Shown here: one piece after another, positions 47,433-56,723 of the stretch
Numbering within the stretch: the stretch's first letter is position 1
How the letters are laid out: each line of letters begins with the position of its first letter
Assembly: GCF_004765795.1 (NCBI RefSeq)
Contig: NZ_SBIV01000002.1
Location: 496,001-560,000, forward strand
DNA: 64,000 bases
Origin: Halorussus marinus
GTDB taxonomy: Archaea > Halobacteriota > Halobacteria > Halobacteriales > Haladaptataceae
Direction: 5' to 3'
Translations under genes and position numbers: made by a program
Notes under the pieces: generated by a model
What the model was told of the DNA's origin: nothing
Databases searched by the model: none
Seen by the model: only the letters and a program-made list of their open reading frames with translations

Positions 47433-48547
47433 TGGGCGTCGCGAGCGAGGACGGAGGGCCCACCGCCGAAACCGGGACCGAGGCCGAAACCGAGACCGAC
47501 ACCGAAGCCGAGACCCTGACCGCGACCGTGGTCGGGGGCTCGGGGTTCGCCGGCGGCGAGCTGTTGCGGTTGCTCGCCGGCCATCCCGGCTTCGACCTCG
47601 CATGTGCGACCAGCCGCGAGTACGCCGGCAAGTCGGTCGGGTCGGTCCACCCGAACCTCCGGGGGACCGACCTTCGGTTCTCCGAGCCGGCCGACCTCGA
47701 GTCGGTCGACGTGCTGTTCGCGGCGACGCCCCACGGCGTCTCGATGGCCCAGATCGACGCGTTCTACGAGGCCGCCGACACAGTGGTCGACCTCAGCGCG
47801 GACTTCCGGCTCGACACGGTCGAGCAGTACGAGGCGTGGTACGACGGCCACGACGCGCCCGAGTACCTCGAGGAGGCGGTGTACGCTCTGCCCGAACTCC
47901 ACCGCGAGGAGCTACCCGGCGCCGACCTGATCGCCGCGGGCGGGTGCAACGCGACCGCGACGATCCTCGGGCTCTACCCCCTGTTCGACGGCGGGGTGCT
48001 GGACGGCGGGGAACGGATCGTCGCCGACGTGAAAGTCGGCTCCTCTGAGGGCGGCGCGAGCCCGAGCAAGGCCGCCAGCCACCCCGAGCGCTCGGGCGTG
48101 GTCCGGCCCTACGCGCCGACCGGCCACCGCCACGAGGCCGAGATCGAGCAGGAACTGGGCGCGTCGGTTTCGTTCACGGCCCACGCCGTCGACATGGTCC
48201 GGGGCGCGGCCGCGACCTGCCACGTCTTCCCGGACGGCCCCGTCTCGAAGGGCGACCTCTGGTCGGCCTTCCGGGGAGCGTACGACGACGAGCCGTTCGT
48301 CCGGCTCCAGTCGGGCGGGTCGGGGGTGTATCGCTACCCCGAGCCCAAGGCGGTCGCGGGCACGAACGTGGCCGAAGTCGGGTTCGAACTCGACCCCGGA
48401 AACGAGCGGCTCGTGGTGTTCAGCGCGATCGACAATCTGGTGAAAGGCACGGCCGGGCAGGCGGTCCACGCCGCCAACGTCGCGCTCGGCTTCGAGGAGA
48501 CGGCAGGACTCGACTTTCAGGGACTCCACCCGGTGGGAAGCCCATGA
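47432..48547 (+). CDS. argC: LysW-gamma-glutamyl-phosphate reductase (ArgC/LysY)
   Basis: GGSGFAGGELLRLL..HP, DLSADFR, GGCNAT, HRH..EI, IDNLVKG.AGQA. Confidence 0.93.
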   Translation: MGVASEDGGPTAETGTEAETETDTEAETLTATVVGGSGFAGGELLRLLAGHPGFDLACATSREYAGKSVGSVHPNLRGTDLRFSEPADLESVDVLFAATPHGVSMAQIDAFYEAADTVVDLSADFRLDTVEQYEAWYDGHDAPEYLEEAVYALPELHREELPGADLIAAGGCNATATILGLYPLFDGGVLDGGERIVADVKVGSSEGGASPSKAASHPERSGVVRPYAPTGHRHEAEIEQELGASVSFTAHAVDMVRGAAATCHVFPDGPVSKGDLWSAFRGAYDDEPFVRLQSGGSGVYRYPEPKAVAGTNVAEVGFELDPGNERLVVFSAIDNLVKGTAGQAVHAANVALGFEETAGLDFQGLHPVGSP

Positions 48548-49557
48548 CCGAAACGACGTACACGAAAGCGGAGCTCGAAGCGGCTCACGAGGACCTCGTC
48601 GACAACGATCTGGGCGAGGACGGACTGCGAACCGACGGCGGTCAGAGAAGCGGCGCTTCTCGAACGTCGAAAGACGAGTCGCCGCCCGTCGTCGTGAAGC
48701 TCGGCGGCGCCCGGGCGGTCGACCCCGCGGGCGCGCTCGCCGACGTCGCCCACCTCGTCGCCAACGGCGAGGACGTGGTGGTCGTCCACGGCGGCTCGAC
48801 CGCGGTCGACGACACTTTGGAGCGGCTGGGCGAGGAGCCCGAGTACGTCGAGACGCCCGGGGGCGTCGCGGGGCGGTTCACCGACGAGGCGACGATGGAG
48901 GTGTTCGAGATGGTCCTCCCCGGGAAGCTCAACACCGACCTCGTCACGGCGCTCCAGAACGAGGGCGTCAACGCCGTGGGGCTGTCGGGCGTCGACGGCC
49001 AGCTCCTGACCGGCTCGCGCAAGTCGGCTGTCAAAGTGCTCGAAGACGGCCGCAAGAAGATACGCCGGGGCGACCACTCCGGAACGATCGAGTCGGTCAA
49101 CGACGACCTGCTGTCGACGTTACTTTCGGGCGGCTACGTCCCGGTCGTGACGGTGCCCGCGCTCGGCGAGGAGACGGCCGGCGCGTCCTCGACGGGTCGC
49201 GGTGAAGGCGGTGGAGCCGCCGGAACGTTCACCGCCGTCAACGCCGACGCCGACCGCGCGGCCGCCGCGACCGCGGCCGCGTTGGGCGCCGAATTGGTCG
49301 TGCTGACCGACGTGGCGGGCGTCTACGAGGACCCCGACGACCCCGAGACGCTGATCGACGCGGTGGGGTCGCCCGCGGACCTCGAAGCCGTCGAGGACGC
49401 CGCCGAGGGGTTCATGACCAAGAAGGTGATGGCGGCGGTCGAGGCTCTGGAGGGCGGCGCGGCGTCGGTGACGGTCGCCGATGCGAACAACCGCGACCCG
49501 ATCACGGCCGCCAGGACCGGCCACGGGACGGCGTTCGAACCGGGGGCGGTCAGATGA
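48544..49557 (+). CDS. argB: LysW-glutamate kinase (ArgB/LysZ)
   Basis: VVKLGG, VHGGS, GRFTD, GLSG.DG, N.DAD, TDV.G. Confidence 0.92.
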   Translation: MTETTYTKAELEAAHEDLVDNDLGEDGLRTDGGQRSGASRTSKDESPPVVVKLGGARAVDPAGALADVAHLVANGEDVVVVHGGSTAVDDTLERLGEEPEYVETPGGVAGRFTDEATMEVFEMVLPGKLNTDLVTALQNEGVNAVGLSGVDGQLLTGSRKSAVKVLEDGRKKIRRGDHSGTIESVNDDLLSTLLSGGYVPVVTVPALGEETAGASSTGRGEGGGAAGTFTAVNADADRAAAATAAALGAELVVLTDVAGVYEDPDDPETLIDAVGSPADLEAVEDAAEGFMTKKVMAAVEALEGGAASVTVADANNRDPITAARTGHGTAFEPGAVR

Positions 49558-50690
49558 GCGGCTTCGTCTACTCCGAGAAGCCGATCGCCATCGAGCGCGG
49601 CGAGGGGCCGTACCTCTACGACGGGACGGGCGCGGAGTACCTCGATTTCGGCGCCAGCTACGGCGTCGCCGCGGTGGGCCACGCTCACCCCGCGGTCGTC
49701 TCGGCCGTCAGCGAGCAGGTCGAGAAGCTGACCTTCGTGCAGGCGAGCTACCCCAACTCGGCCCGCGACGCCCTCTACGAGAAGCTCGCGGCCCTCGGGC
49801 CGGGCGACCTCGACAACGTCTGGCTCTGTAACTCCGGGACCGAGGCCAACGAGGCCGCCCTCAAGTTCGCCCGGAGCGCGACCGGCCGCTCGAAGGTCGT
49901 CGCGGCCCAGCGGGGGTTCCACGGCCGGACGATGGGGTCGCTCGCCGCGACGTGGAAGCCCAAGTACAAGAAGCCGTTCGAGCCCCTCGCCGGCGACTTC
50001 GAGTTCGTCCCGTACGGCGACGAGGCCGCGCTCGAAGACGCCGTCGACGAGGAGACCGCCGCGGTGTTGCTCGAACCGATACAGGGCGAGGGCGGGGTCA
50101 ACCCCGCGCCCGAGGGCTACCTGCGGGCGGCCCGCGAGCGGACCACCGAGGCCGGCGCGGCGCTGGTCTTCGACGAGATCCAGACCGGGCTCGGCCGGAC
50201 CGGCGCGCTCTGGGCCTGTGAGAACCGCGGCGTGGTGCCCGACGTGCTCACCTCCGCGAAGGGGCTGGGCGGCGGCCTCCCGATCGGCGCGACCCTCTGT
50301 GCCGACTGGATCGCCGACGACGCCGGGCCCCACGGCTCGACGTTCTCGGGCGGGCCGGTCGTCAGCGCCGCCGCCGAGGCCACCCTGTCGGCGATCGTCG
50401 ACGCCGACCTCCCCGGCAACGCCGAGGCGGTCGGGACGCATCTCCAGTCGAAACTCGGGGGATCGGAGCTACCGATCCGCGCGGTCCGCGGCGAGGGGCT
50501 GATGATCGGCGTCGAGGTCGGTCGAGGCGCGAACGCCGTCCTGAAGCGGCTGGCGATGAACCACGGCGTGCTCGCGTTACCGGCGGGCCGGACCGTGGTG
50601 CGACTGCTCCCGCCGCTGGTCGTCGACGAGAGCCACGCCGACGCGGTGGCCGAGGCGCTCGGAGACGCGCTCGCGGAGGTGTCGGCGTGA
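49554..50690 (+). CDS. argD: LysW-ornithine aminotransferase (ArgD/LysJ)
   Basis: NSGTEANEAALK, FHGRT.G, EPIQGEGG, DEIQTG.GRTG, SAKG. Confidence 0.92.
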   Translation: MSGFVYSEKPIAIERGEGPYLYDGTGAEYLDFGASYGVAAVGHAHPAVVSAVSEQVEKLTFVQASYPNSARDALYEKLAALGPGDLDNVWLCNSGTEANEAALKFARSATGRSKVVAAQRGFHGRTMGSLAATWKPKYKKPFEPLAGDFEFVPYGDEAALEDAVDEETAAVLLEPIQGEGGVNPAPEGYLRAARERTTEAGAALVFDEIQTGLGRTGALWACENRGVVPDVLTSAKGLGGGLPIGATLCADWIADDAGPHGSTFSGGPVVSAAAEATLSAIVDADLPGNAEAVGTHLQSKLGGSELPIRAVRGEGLMIGVEVGRGANAVLKRLAMNHGVLALPAGRTVVRLLPPLVVDESHADAVAEALGDALAEVSA

Positions 50691-51745
50691 GCGCCGGCGC
50701 GGTCGCGACCGACGGGACCGCCCGCGATCTCCTCGCGGACCTCGTGGCGATCCCCTCGCCGTCGGGCGAGGAGGGCGAGGCCGCCCGGCGGCTCGCGGCG
50801 TTCTTCGAGGAGCGCGACCGGGAGGTGTGGATCGACGAGGTCGGCAACGTTCGGGCGCCCGCCGACGACGCGGCGTTGCTGACCTCCCACGTCGACACGG
50901 TGCCCGGCGAGATCCCGGTGCGGATCGAGGAGACCGACGACGGGCGCGAGGAGCTGTGGGGCCGCGGGAGCGTCGACGCCACGGGGCCGCTCGCCGCGAT
51001 GGCGGTCGCCGCCGTCCGGACGGGCGTCAGCTTCGCCGGCGTCGTCGGCGAGGAGACCGACTCCCGGGGCGCGCGCTTCCTCGTCGGGGACCGCGAGGCG
51101 CCCGACGCCCTGATCAACGGCGAGCCCTCCGGCTGGGACGGCGTGACCCTCGGCTACCGGGGCTTTCAGGTCGGGACGTACGCCGCGAGCACCGACTCGG
51201 CCCACACCTCCCGGCCCGAGCCCAACGCGATCCAGCGGGCGACCGCGTGGTGGTCGCGGGTCGACGCCGCGTTCGAGAGCGACGAGGAGACGCCGGTCTT
51301 CGAGCGAGTGACGGCCAAGCCCGTCGAGATCGCGGGCGGCGTCGCCGAGGACGGCCTCTCGGTCGAGGCGACGATCGACGCCCAGTTCCGGATTCCGCCC
51401 GGCGAGACCGCCGCGTCGATCCGCGAGACGGTCGAGGGCGAACTCGGCTCGGGCGGCGAGATCGAGTGGCGCGAGCCGACCCCGCCGGTGATGGAGAGCC
51501 CCCGGACCGCGGTGGCCCGAGCGTTCCGCGCCGCGATCCGACGACGCGGGGGCGACCCCCGATCGCTCCGCAAGACCGGGACCAGCGACATGAACATCTA
51601 CGCCGGGGCGTGGGACCGCCCGATGGCGACCTACGGCCCCGGCGACTCCGCGCTCGATCACGCGCCGAACGAACGCCTCGACCTCGGGGACCTCGACCGC
51701 GCGGTCGCGGTCCTCGAAGACGTCTGTGAGACCCTGCAACAATGA
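50687..51745 (+). CDS. argE: LysW-ornithine hydrolase (ArgE/LysK, M20)
   Basis: SHVDTVPG, GRGSVDA.GP, VGEE, GEPSG, KTGTSDMN, YGPGDS.LDH. Confidence 0.9.
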   Translation: MSAGAVATDGTARDLLADLVAIPSPSGEEGEAARRLAAFFEERDREVWIDEVGNVRAPADDAALLTSHVDTVPGEIPVRIEETDDGREELWGRGSVDATGPLAAMAVAAVRTGVSFAGVVGEETDSRGARFLVGDREAPDALINGEPSGWDGVTLGYRGFQVGTYAASTDSAHTSRPEPNAIQRATAWWSRVDAAFESDEETPVFERVTAKPVEIAGGVAEDGLSVEATIDAQFRIPPGETAASIRETVEGELGSGGEIEWREPTPPVMESPRTAVARAFRAAIRRRGGDPRSLRKTGTSDMNIYAGAWDRPMATYGPGDSALDHAPNERLDLGDLDRAVAVLEDVCETLQQ

Positions 51746-52710
51746 GCCACGACGCGACACGCGCGACGACCGCCGACGAACCGACCGACGACCAGCCGAC
51801 CCCAAAGCACGTCCTCGACGTGGACGACCTCTCGGACGAGGACCTCGCGGCGGTGCTCTCGACCGCCGCGGAGTTCAAGCGGGCCCACTACGCGGGCGAG
51901 TCCCACGCGGTACTGCCCGACCGGACGCTCGCGATGCTGTTCGAGAAGCCCTCGACCCGGACGCGGGTCTCCTTCGAGACGGGGATGACCCAACTGGGCG
52001 GCCACGCCGTCTTCCTCGGCCCCGAGAACACCCACCTCGACCGCGGCGAGCCGGTCTCGGACACCGCACGGGTGCTCTCGCGGTACGTCGACGCCGTGAT
52101 GGCGCGGGTGTTCGACCACGACGCGCTGGAGTCGATGGCGGCCCACGCCTCGGTCCCGGTGATAAACGGGCTGTCGGACGACGCCCACCCGTGCCAGACG
52201 CTGGCGGACCTGTTCACGATCTACGAGCGGTTCGGCGGCTTCGAGGACGTGACCGCGGCGTGGGTCGGCGACGGCAACAACGTCGCCCAGTCGTTCGCGG
52301 TCGGCTGTGCGATGGCCGGGATCGACCTCTCGATCGCGACGCCCGAGGGGTACGAACCCGACGATGCGGTGCTCGCGCGCGCCGCGGCCCGCGGGACCGC
52401 GCCCGAGGTGGGCAACGACCCCGCGGCGGCGGTCGAGGACGCCGACGTGGTGTACACCGACGTGTGGGTGAGCATGGGCGAGGAGGACGAGCGCGCCGCG
52501 AAGCTCGACGACTTCGAGGGGTTCCAGGTGAACGACGACCTGCTGGCCGGGCCCGACGATCCGATCGCGATGCACTGTCTGCCGGCCCACCGCGGCGAGG
52601 AGATCACCGACGCGGTGCTCGAGAGCGACCGGGCGGTCGTCTGGGATCAGGCCGAGAACCGGATGCACACCCAGAAGGCGCTTTTGGCCCACCTGCTCGG
52701 CGCGCGGTAG
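51742..52710 (+). CDS. argF: ornithine carbamoyltransferase
   Basis: FEKPSTRTRVSF, HPCQ.LAD, GDGNNV, DVWVSMG, HCLP. Confidence 0.96.
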   Translation: MSHDATRATTADEPTDDQPTPKHVLDVDDLSDEDLAAVLSTAAEFKRAHYAGESHAVLPDRTLAMLFEKPSTRTRVSFETGMTQLGGHAVFLGPENTHLDRGEPVSDTARVLSRYVDAVMARVFDHDALESMAAHASVPVINGLSDDAHPCQTLADLFTIYERFGGFEDVTAAWVGDGNNVAQSFAVGCAMAGIDLSIATPEGYEPDDAVLARAAARGTAPEVGNDPAAAVEDADVVYTDVWVSMGEEDERAAKLDDFEGFQVNDDLLAGPDDPIAMHCLPAHRGEEITDAVLESDRAVVWDQAENRMHTQKALLAHLLGAR

Positions 52711-52812
52711 CCGGGTCGAGGCCGGACCCGGATCCGGCCGACGGCGGGTGCCCAAGACGCTAAGGGCGTCGCACCCGAACGACGCGTGAGGGATTGGCTC
52801 TCACACTCACTC

Positions 52813-53370
52813 ATGCCCGAGGAACGCTTCGAGACGGAAACGATACTTCGCGGGACGACAGTCGACGTCGAGCGACCGGTCGAGGTCGACGGCGACGGCG
52901 CGCCGATCGAGACCGAGACGGTCGAGCTACCGGCCAACGAACGAGTCGAGGCGGTGACGTGCGAACGCTACCCGGAGTACTGTCCGCGACGCGGCGGACT
53001 GGTGTCGGTCGAGGAAGCGGTCGTGGTCGGCGTCGACATGGTCGACCGGCCGACCGGCAGGGACGCGGCGGTGTCGCTGGCGTACTGCCCGGAGTGTGCG
53101 ACCAGCGAGTTCGCCTACGTCCGGGATCGCGACGGCGGCGCGGACGCCGACGGCCGGACGCTCCACGAGCGCTACGGCTACCTCTTTGGCACCGAGGCGA
53201 CCCGGGAACGGCCCCTAAAGCGACTCGACGGCCCCGGCATCGCGAGCTCGCTGGTGGTGGTCGCGCTCGGAATGGGGCTGGCCGTCCTGGGGGCACAGGG
53301 GCTAATGCTGTGGGCGGCGCTCGTCGCGGCGACGGTCGCGGCCGCGGCGCGGCTCTCTGACGCGGTCTGA
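52813..53370 (+). CDS. hypothetical protein with Cys motifs and C-terminal TM helices
   Basis: TC...EYCP and YCPEC; two hydrophobic C-terminal segments. Confidence 0.55.
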   Translation: MPEERFETETILRGTTVDVERPVEVDGDGAPIETETVELPANERVEAVTCERYPEYCPRRGGLVSVEEAVVVGVDMVDRPTGRDAAVSLAYCPECATSEFAYVRDRDGGADADGRTLHERYGYLFGTEATRERPLKRLDGPGIASSLVVVALGMGLAVLGAQGLMLWAALVAATVAAAARLSDAV

Positions 53371-53484
53371 GTGTCGACCGAACGCGTTCGTCCGGCGGTC
53401 GGCGGGGCGCCGACCGAGCCGACGGATCGGCAAATCTGCCGCCGACCGGCCCCTTTTTGCCGCTCGGCCACTTTCGACCCGCCA

Positions 53485-54753
53485 ATGACCGACCTGACGC
53501 TGGCCGACGCCGGAGTCGACGCCCCGCCGGCCGACGCCGACGACGGCGTCTGGCTGACCTGCATCGAGTGTGGCTGGACCGGCGCCCCGTTCGAGGAGGT
53601 CCGCTACCGGTGTCCCGACTGCGACGGCCTGCTCGAAGTCCGGTACGCCGACCACCCGACGTTCGCGGACTTCGAGGGCCGGGGCGTCTGGCGGTACGCC
53701 GACGCGCTCCCGTTCGCGACCGGCGTGAGCATCGAGGAAGGCGATACGCCCCTCTACTCGGTCCCGACGATCGAATCCGAGGTCGGGGTCGAGGACCTCC
53801 GGATCAAACACGAGGGGATGAACCCGACCGGGAGCTTCAAGGACCGCGGGATGACCGTCGGCGTGCGGGTCGCCGAGAGGCTGGGGGTCGGCCGGCTCGC
53901 CTGCGCCTCGACGGGCAACACCAGCGCGGCGCTCGCGTGCTACGGCGCGCGGGCCGACACGCCGGTCCTCGTCCTCCTGCCGGCCGGGAAGGTCGCGGCC
54001 GGGAAGGTCGCGCAGGCCAGCCTCCACGGCGCGCGGATCCTCGAAGTCGACGGCAACTTCGACGCCTGTCTCGACATCGTCGCGGACCTCGCGAAGCGCG
54101 GGGAGGCGTACCTGCTCAACTCGCTCAACCCCTTCCGGCTGGAGGGCCAGAAGACGATCGGCCTCGAAATCGTCGAGCAGTTCCGCGACCAGACCGGCGA
54201 CCTCCCCGACCGCATCGTCCTACCGGTCGGGAACGCGGGCAACACCGCGGCGCTGTTCAAGGCGTTTCGCGAACTCGTCGCGGCCGGCGCGCTCGACGTC
54301 GAGCAGGTGCCCAAACTGACCGGCGTCCAGGCCGAGGGCGCGGCCCCGATGGTCGAGGCCGTCGCCGAGGGCCGCGAGGAGGTCCGGCGGTGGGAAGACG
54401 TCGAGACCCGCGCGACCGCCATCCGGATCGGCAATCCCGTCAACGCGCCGAAGGCGCTACCGGGCATCCGGGAGACCGGCGGCACCGCGGTCGCGGTCTC
54501 CGACGAGGCGATCACCGACGCCCAGCGCGCGCTCGCCGAGGACGGCGTGGGCGTCGAGCCCGCGAGCGCCGCGTCGGTGGCCGGGCTCCGCAAACTCCGC
54601 GAGTCGGGCGAGATCGACGCCGACGAGCAGGTCGTCTGTCTCACGACCGGCCACCTGCTGAAAGACCCCGACGCCGCGGCGACGGCGGGCGCAAAGCCGG
54701 AGGCGGTGCCGGCCGACACCGAAGGCGTGTTAGACCACCTCGCGGAGAACTGA
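53485..54753 (+). CDS. thrC: threonine synthase
   Basis: N-terminal zinc ribbon, NPTGSFKDRG, CASTGNTS, PVGNAGN, EPASA. Confidence 0.95.
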   Translation: MTDLTLADAGVDAPPADADDGVWLTCIECGWTGAPFEEVRYRCPDCDGLLEVRYADHPTFADFEGRGVWRYADALPFATGVSIEEGDTPLYSVPTIESEVGVEDLRIKHEGMNPTGSFKDRGMTVGVRVAERLGVGRLACASTGNTSAALACYGARADTPVLVLLPAGKVAAGKVAQASLHGARILEVDGNFDACLDIVADLAKRGEAYLLNSLNPFRLEGQKTIGLEIVEQFRDQTGDLPDRIVLPVGNAGNTAALFKAFRELVAAGALDVEQVPKLTGVQAEGAAPMVEAVAEGREEVRRWEDVETRATAIRIGNPVNAPKALPGIRETGGTAVAVSDEAITDAQRALAEDGVGVEPASAASVAGLRKLRESGEIDADEQVVCLTTGHLLKDPDAAATAGAKPEAVPADTEGVLDHLAEN

Positions 54754-54967
54754 CCCGGACTCTCACCGACCTCGACGGCCCGACCGCCGTCTCGCTCGTC
54801 GAACGGTCGGCGGACTCGGCCTTGGGGGCGTTCGCCGGTCGACCGAGATCGGTGAGTTAATACCTGCCGCGTCCGGGCGCGCGACTGGGAGTTTGATCCG
54901 TGATAATTACGCCAGATACTTTATACGGGTGGGGTATGAAATCCTGATAATTACGGTAATTTAACTC

Positions 54968-56638
54968 ATGCAGTTCACCGTCCCCGTCGCCGCGTCGATA
55001 CTCGCCACGGTCGTCTCGCTCGGAGTGGCGGTGTTCGCGTGGCGGCGACGTCGAATGCCGGGCGCGGTTCCGCTGGCGGCGTTCACCGTCGCGACTGCGG
55101 TCTGGACCGGCGGGAACGCCCTCCAGATCGCCAGCACGTCGCTCGGTGCGAAGCTGTTCTGGGTGGACGTCCAGTACGTCGGCACCGTGGTCGTCCCGCT
55201 TGCGTGGTTCGCGTTCGCCTGCGAGTACGCCGGCCGCGAGGAGTGGGTGACCCGGCGGTCGCTGGCGGTGCTGGCTGTGATTCCGGCGATCACGATCCTC
55301 CTCGCGTGGACCAACGGGTACCACCATCTCGTCCGGACGTCGGCCGAACTCGCCACCGTCGGCGACACCGTGACGATCCAGCGCGAGTTCGGGCCGTGGT
55401 TCTGGTTCGCCAACTTCTACTCGAACCTCGTGAACGCGGCCGGGACCGTGTTGTTACTCCACGGTCTCGTCCGGTCGCGGCGGCTCTACCGGATCCAGAC
55501 GCTCGCGGTGCTGGCCGGGACGACGGTGCCGTGGGTCGGGGGGACGCTGTTCTACAACGGACTGATACCCGTCGAACCCGAGGTGTTTTTCGGCGTGAGC
55601 GCGCTCACGTTCGCCCTCGCGATATCGAAGTACGGCCTCCTCGACATCGCGCCCGTCGGTCGCCACACCGTCGTCGAGGAGATGGACGACCCGGTGGTCG
55701 TCCTCGACGACGACCGGATCGCGGACGCGAACCCGGCGGCCGCCGACCTGTTCGGCTGGCGGGACGCCGACGCCGCGATCGGAGTGTCGACCGACGAGGC
55801 GTTCGCGGGATGTCCCGAGTTCGAGCGCCAGTACGACACCGACGACGCCATCGACGAACTCTCGGTCGAAGACGCGAACGGCCGAGAGCGCGAGTTCGAC
55901 GTCCAGTTCACGCCGCTCTCGGAGCGTGCGGTCGACGCCGAGATACTGCTCCTGAAGGACGTGACCTCGGTCAAGCGCCACGAAGCCGCGCTCGAACGCC
56001 AGAACCGACGGCTCGAACGCGTCGGCCACACGATCGCCCACGACCTCCGGAACCCGCTCAACGTCGCGCAGGGTCACCTCGAACTCGGACGCGAGACGGA
56101 CGTCGACGTCGACGACCACCTCGCGAAGGTCGACGACGCCCACGACCGCATGGACGACATCATCGAGGAGGTGCTCGCGATGGCACGCGACGACGAAACC
56201 GCCCGTCGAGACCCCCACTCGGTCGGGGACCTCGCCGAGCGGGCGTGGGCGAACGTCGAGACCGCCGACGCCGCCCTCGCCGTAGACGAGGGCGTCGGGG
56301 TGGTCGAAGCGAACGACAGCCAACTGGCGAGCGTGTTCGAGAACCTGTTCCGAAACGCGGTCGAGCACGGCGGCCCCGACGCGACCGTCCGGGTCGGTGC
56401 GCTCGACGACGGCGGGTTCTACGTCGCCGACGACGGGCCGGGCGTGCCCGAGAGCGACCGCGAGGAGGTGTTCGAGCAGGGGTTCACGACCAGATCCGAC
56501 GGGAACGGGGTGGGGCTGGCGGTCGTCGCCGACGTCGCCGACCGCCACGACTGGCGCGTCGCGGTGACCGAGAGCGAGGCCGGCGGCGCGCGCTTCGAGT
56601 TCCGAGGGACAGACGGCGTCTGCACCGTCGCACAGTAG
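54968..56638 (+). CDS. sensor histidine kinase (7TM N-domain, PAS, HisKA, HATPase)
   Basis: 7TM region, AN.AA..LFG PAS, HDLRNPL, ENL.RNA..H, DDGPG, G.G.GL. Confidence 0.92.
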   Translation: MQFTVPVAASILATVVSLGVAVFAWRRRRMPGAVPLAAFTVATAVWTGGNALQIASTSLGAKLFWVDVQYVGTVVVPLAWFAFACEYAGREEWVTRRSLAVLAVIPAITILLAWTNGYHHLVRTSAELATVGDTVTIQREFGPWFWFANFYSNLVNAAGTVLLLHGLVRSRRLYRIQTLAVLAGTTVPWVGGTLFYNGLIPVEPEVFFGVSALTFALAISKYGLLDIAPVGRHTVVEEMDDPVVVLDDDRIADANPAAADLFGWRDADAAIGVSTDEAFAGCPEFERQYDTDDAIDELSVEDANGREREFDVQFTPLSERAVDAEILLLKDVTSVKRHEAALERQNRRLERVGHTIAHDLRNPLNVAQGHLELGRETDVDVDDHLAKVDDAHDRMDDIIEEVLAMARDDETARRDPHSVGDLAERAWANVETADAALAVDEGVGVVEANDSQLASVFENLFRNAVEHGGPDATVRVGALDDGGFYVADDGPGVPESDREEVFEQGFTTRSDGNGVGLAVVADVADRHDWRVAVTESEAGGARFEFRGTDGVCTVAQ

Positions 56639-56723
56639 CCGGTAGCCGAGTCGGGCGCCAGCGACGCGAAAACGAGTGCGGGACTACCAGACAGTGCGGG
56701 CGGAGGAATCGGTGGCGGCGCGA

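Noticed and set aside
43405..52710. LysW-dependent arginine pathway as a novel system
   Set aside because: Established archaeal pathway; only its leader and junction features are reported as findings.
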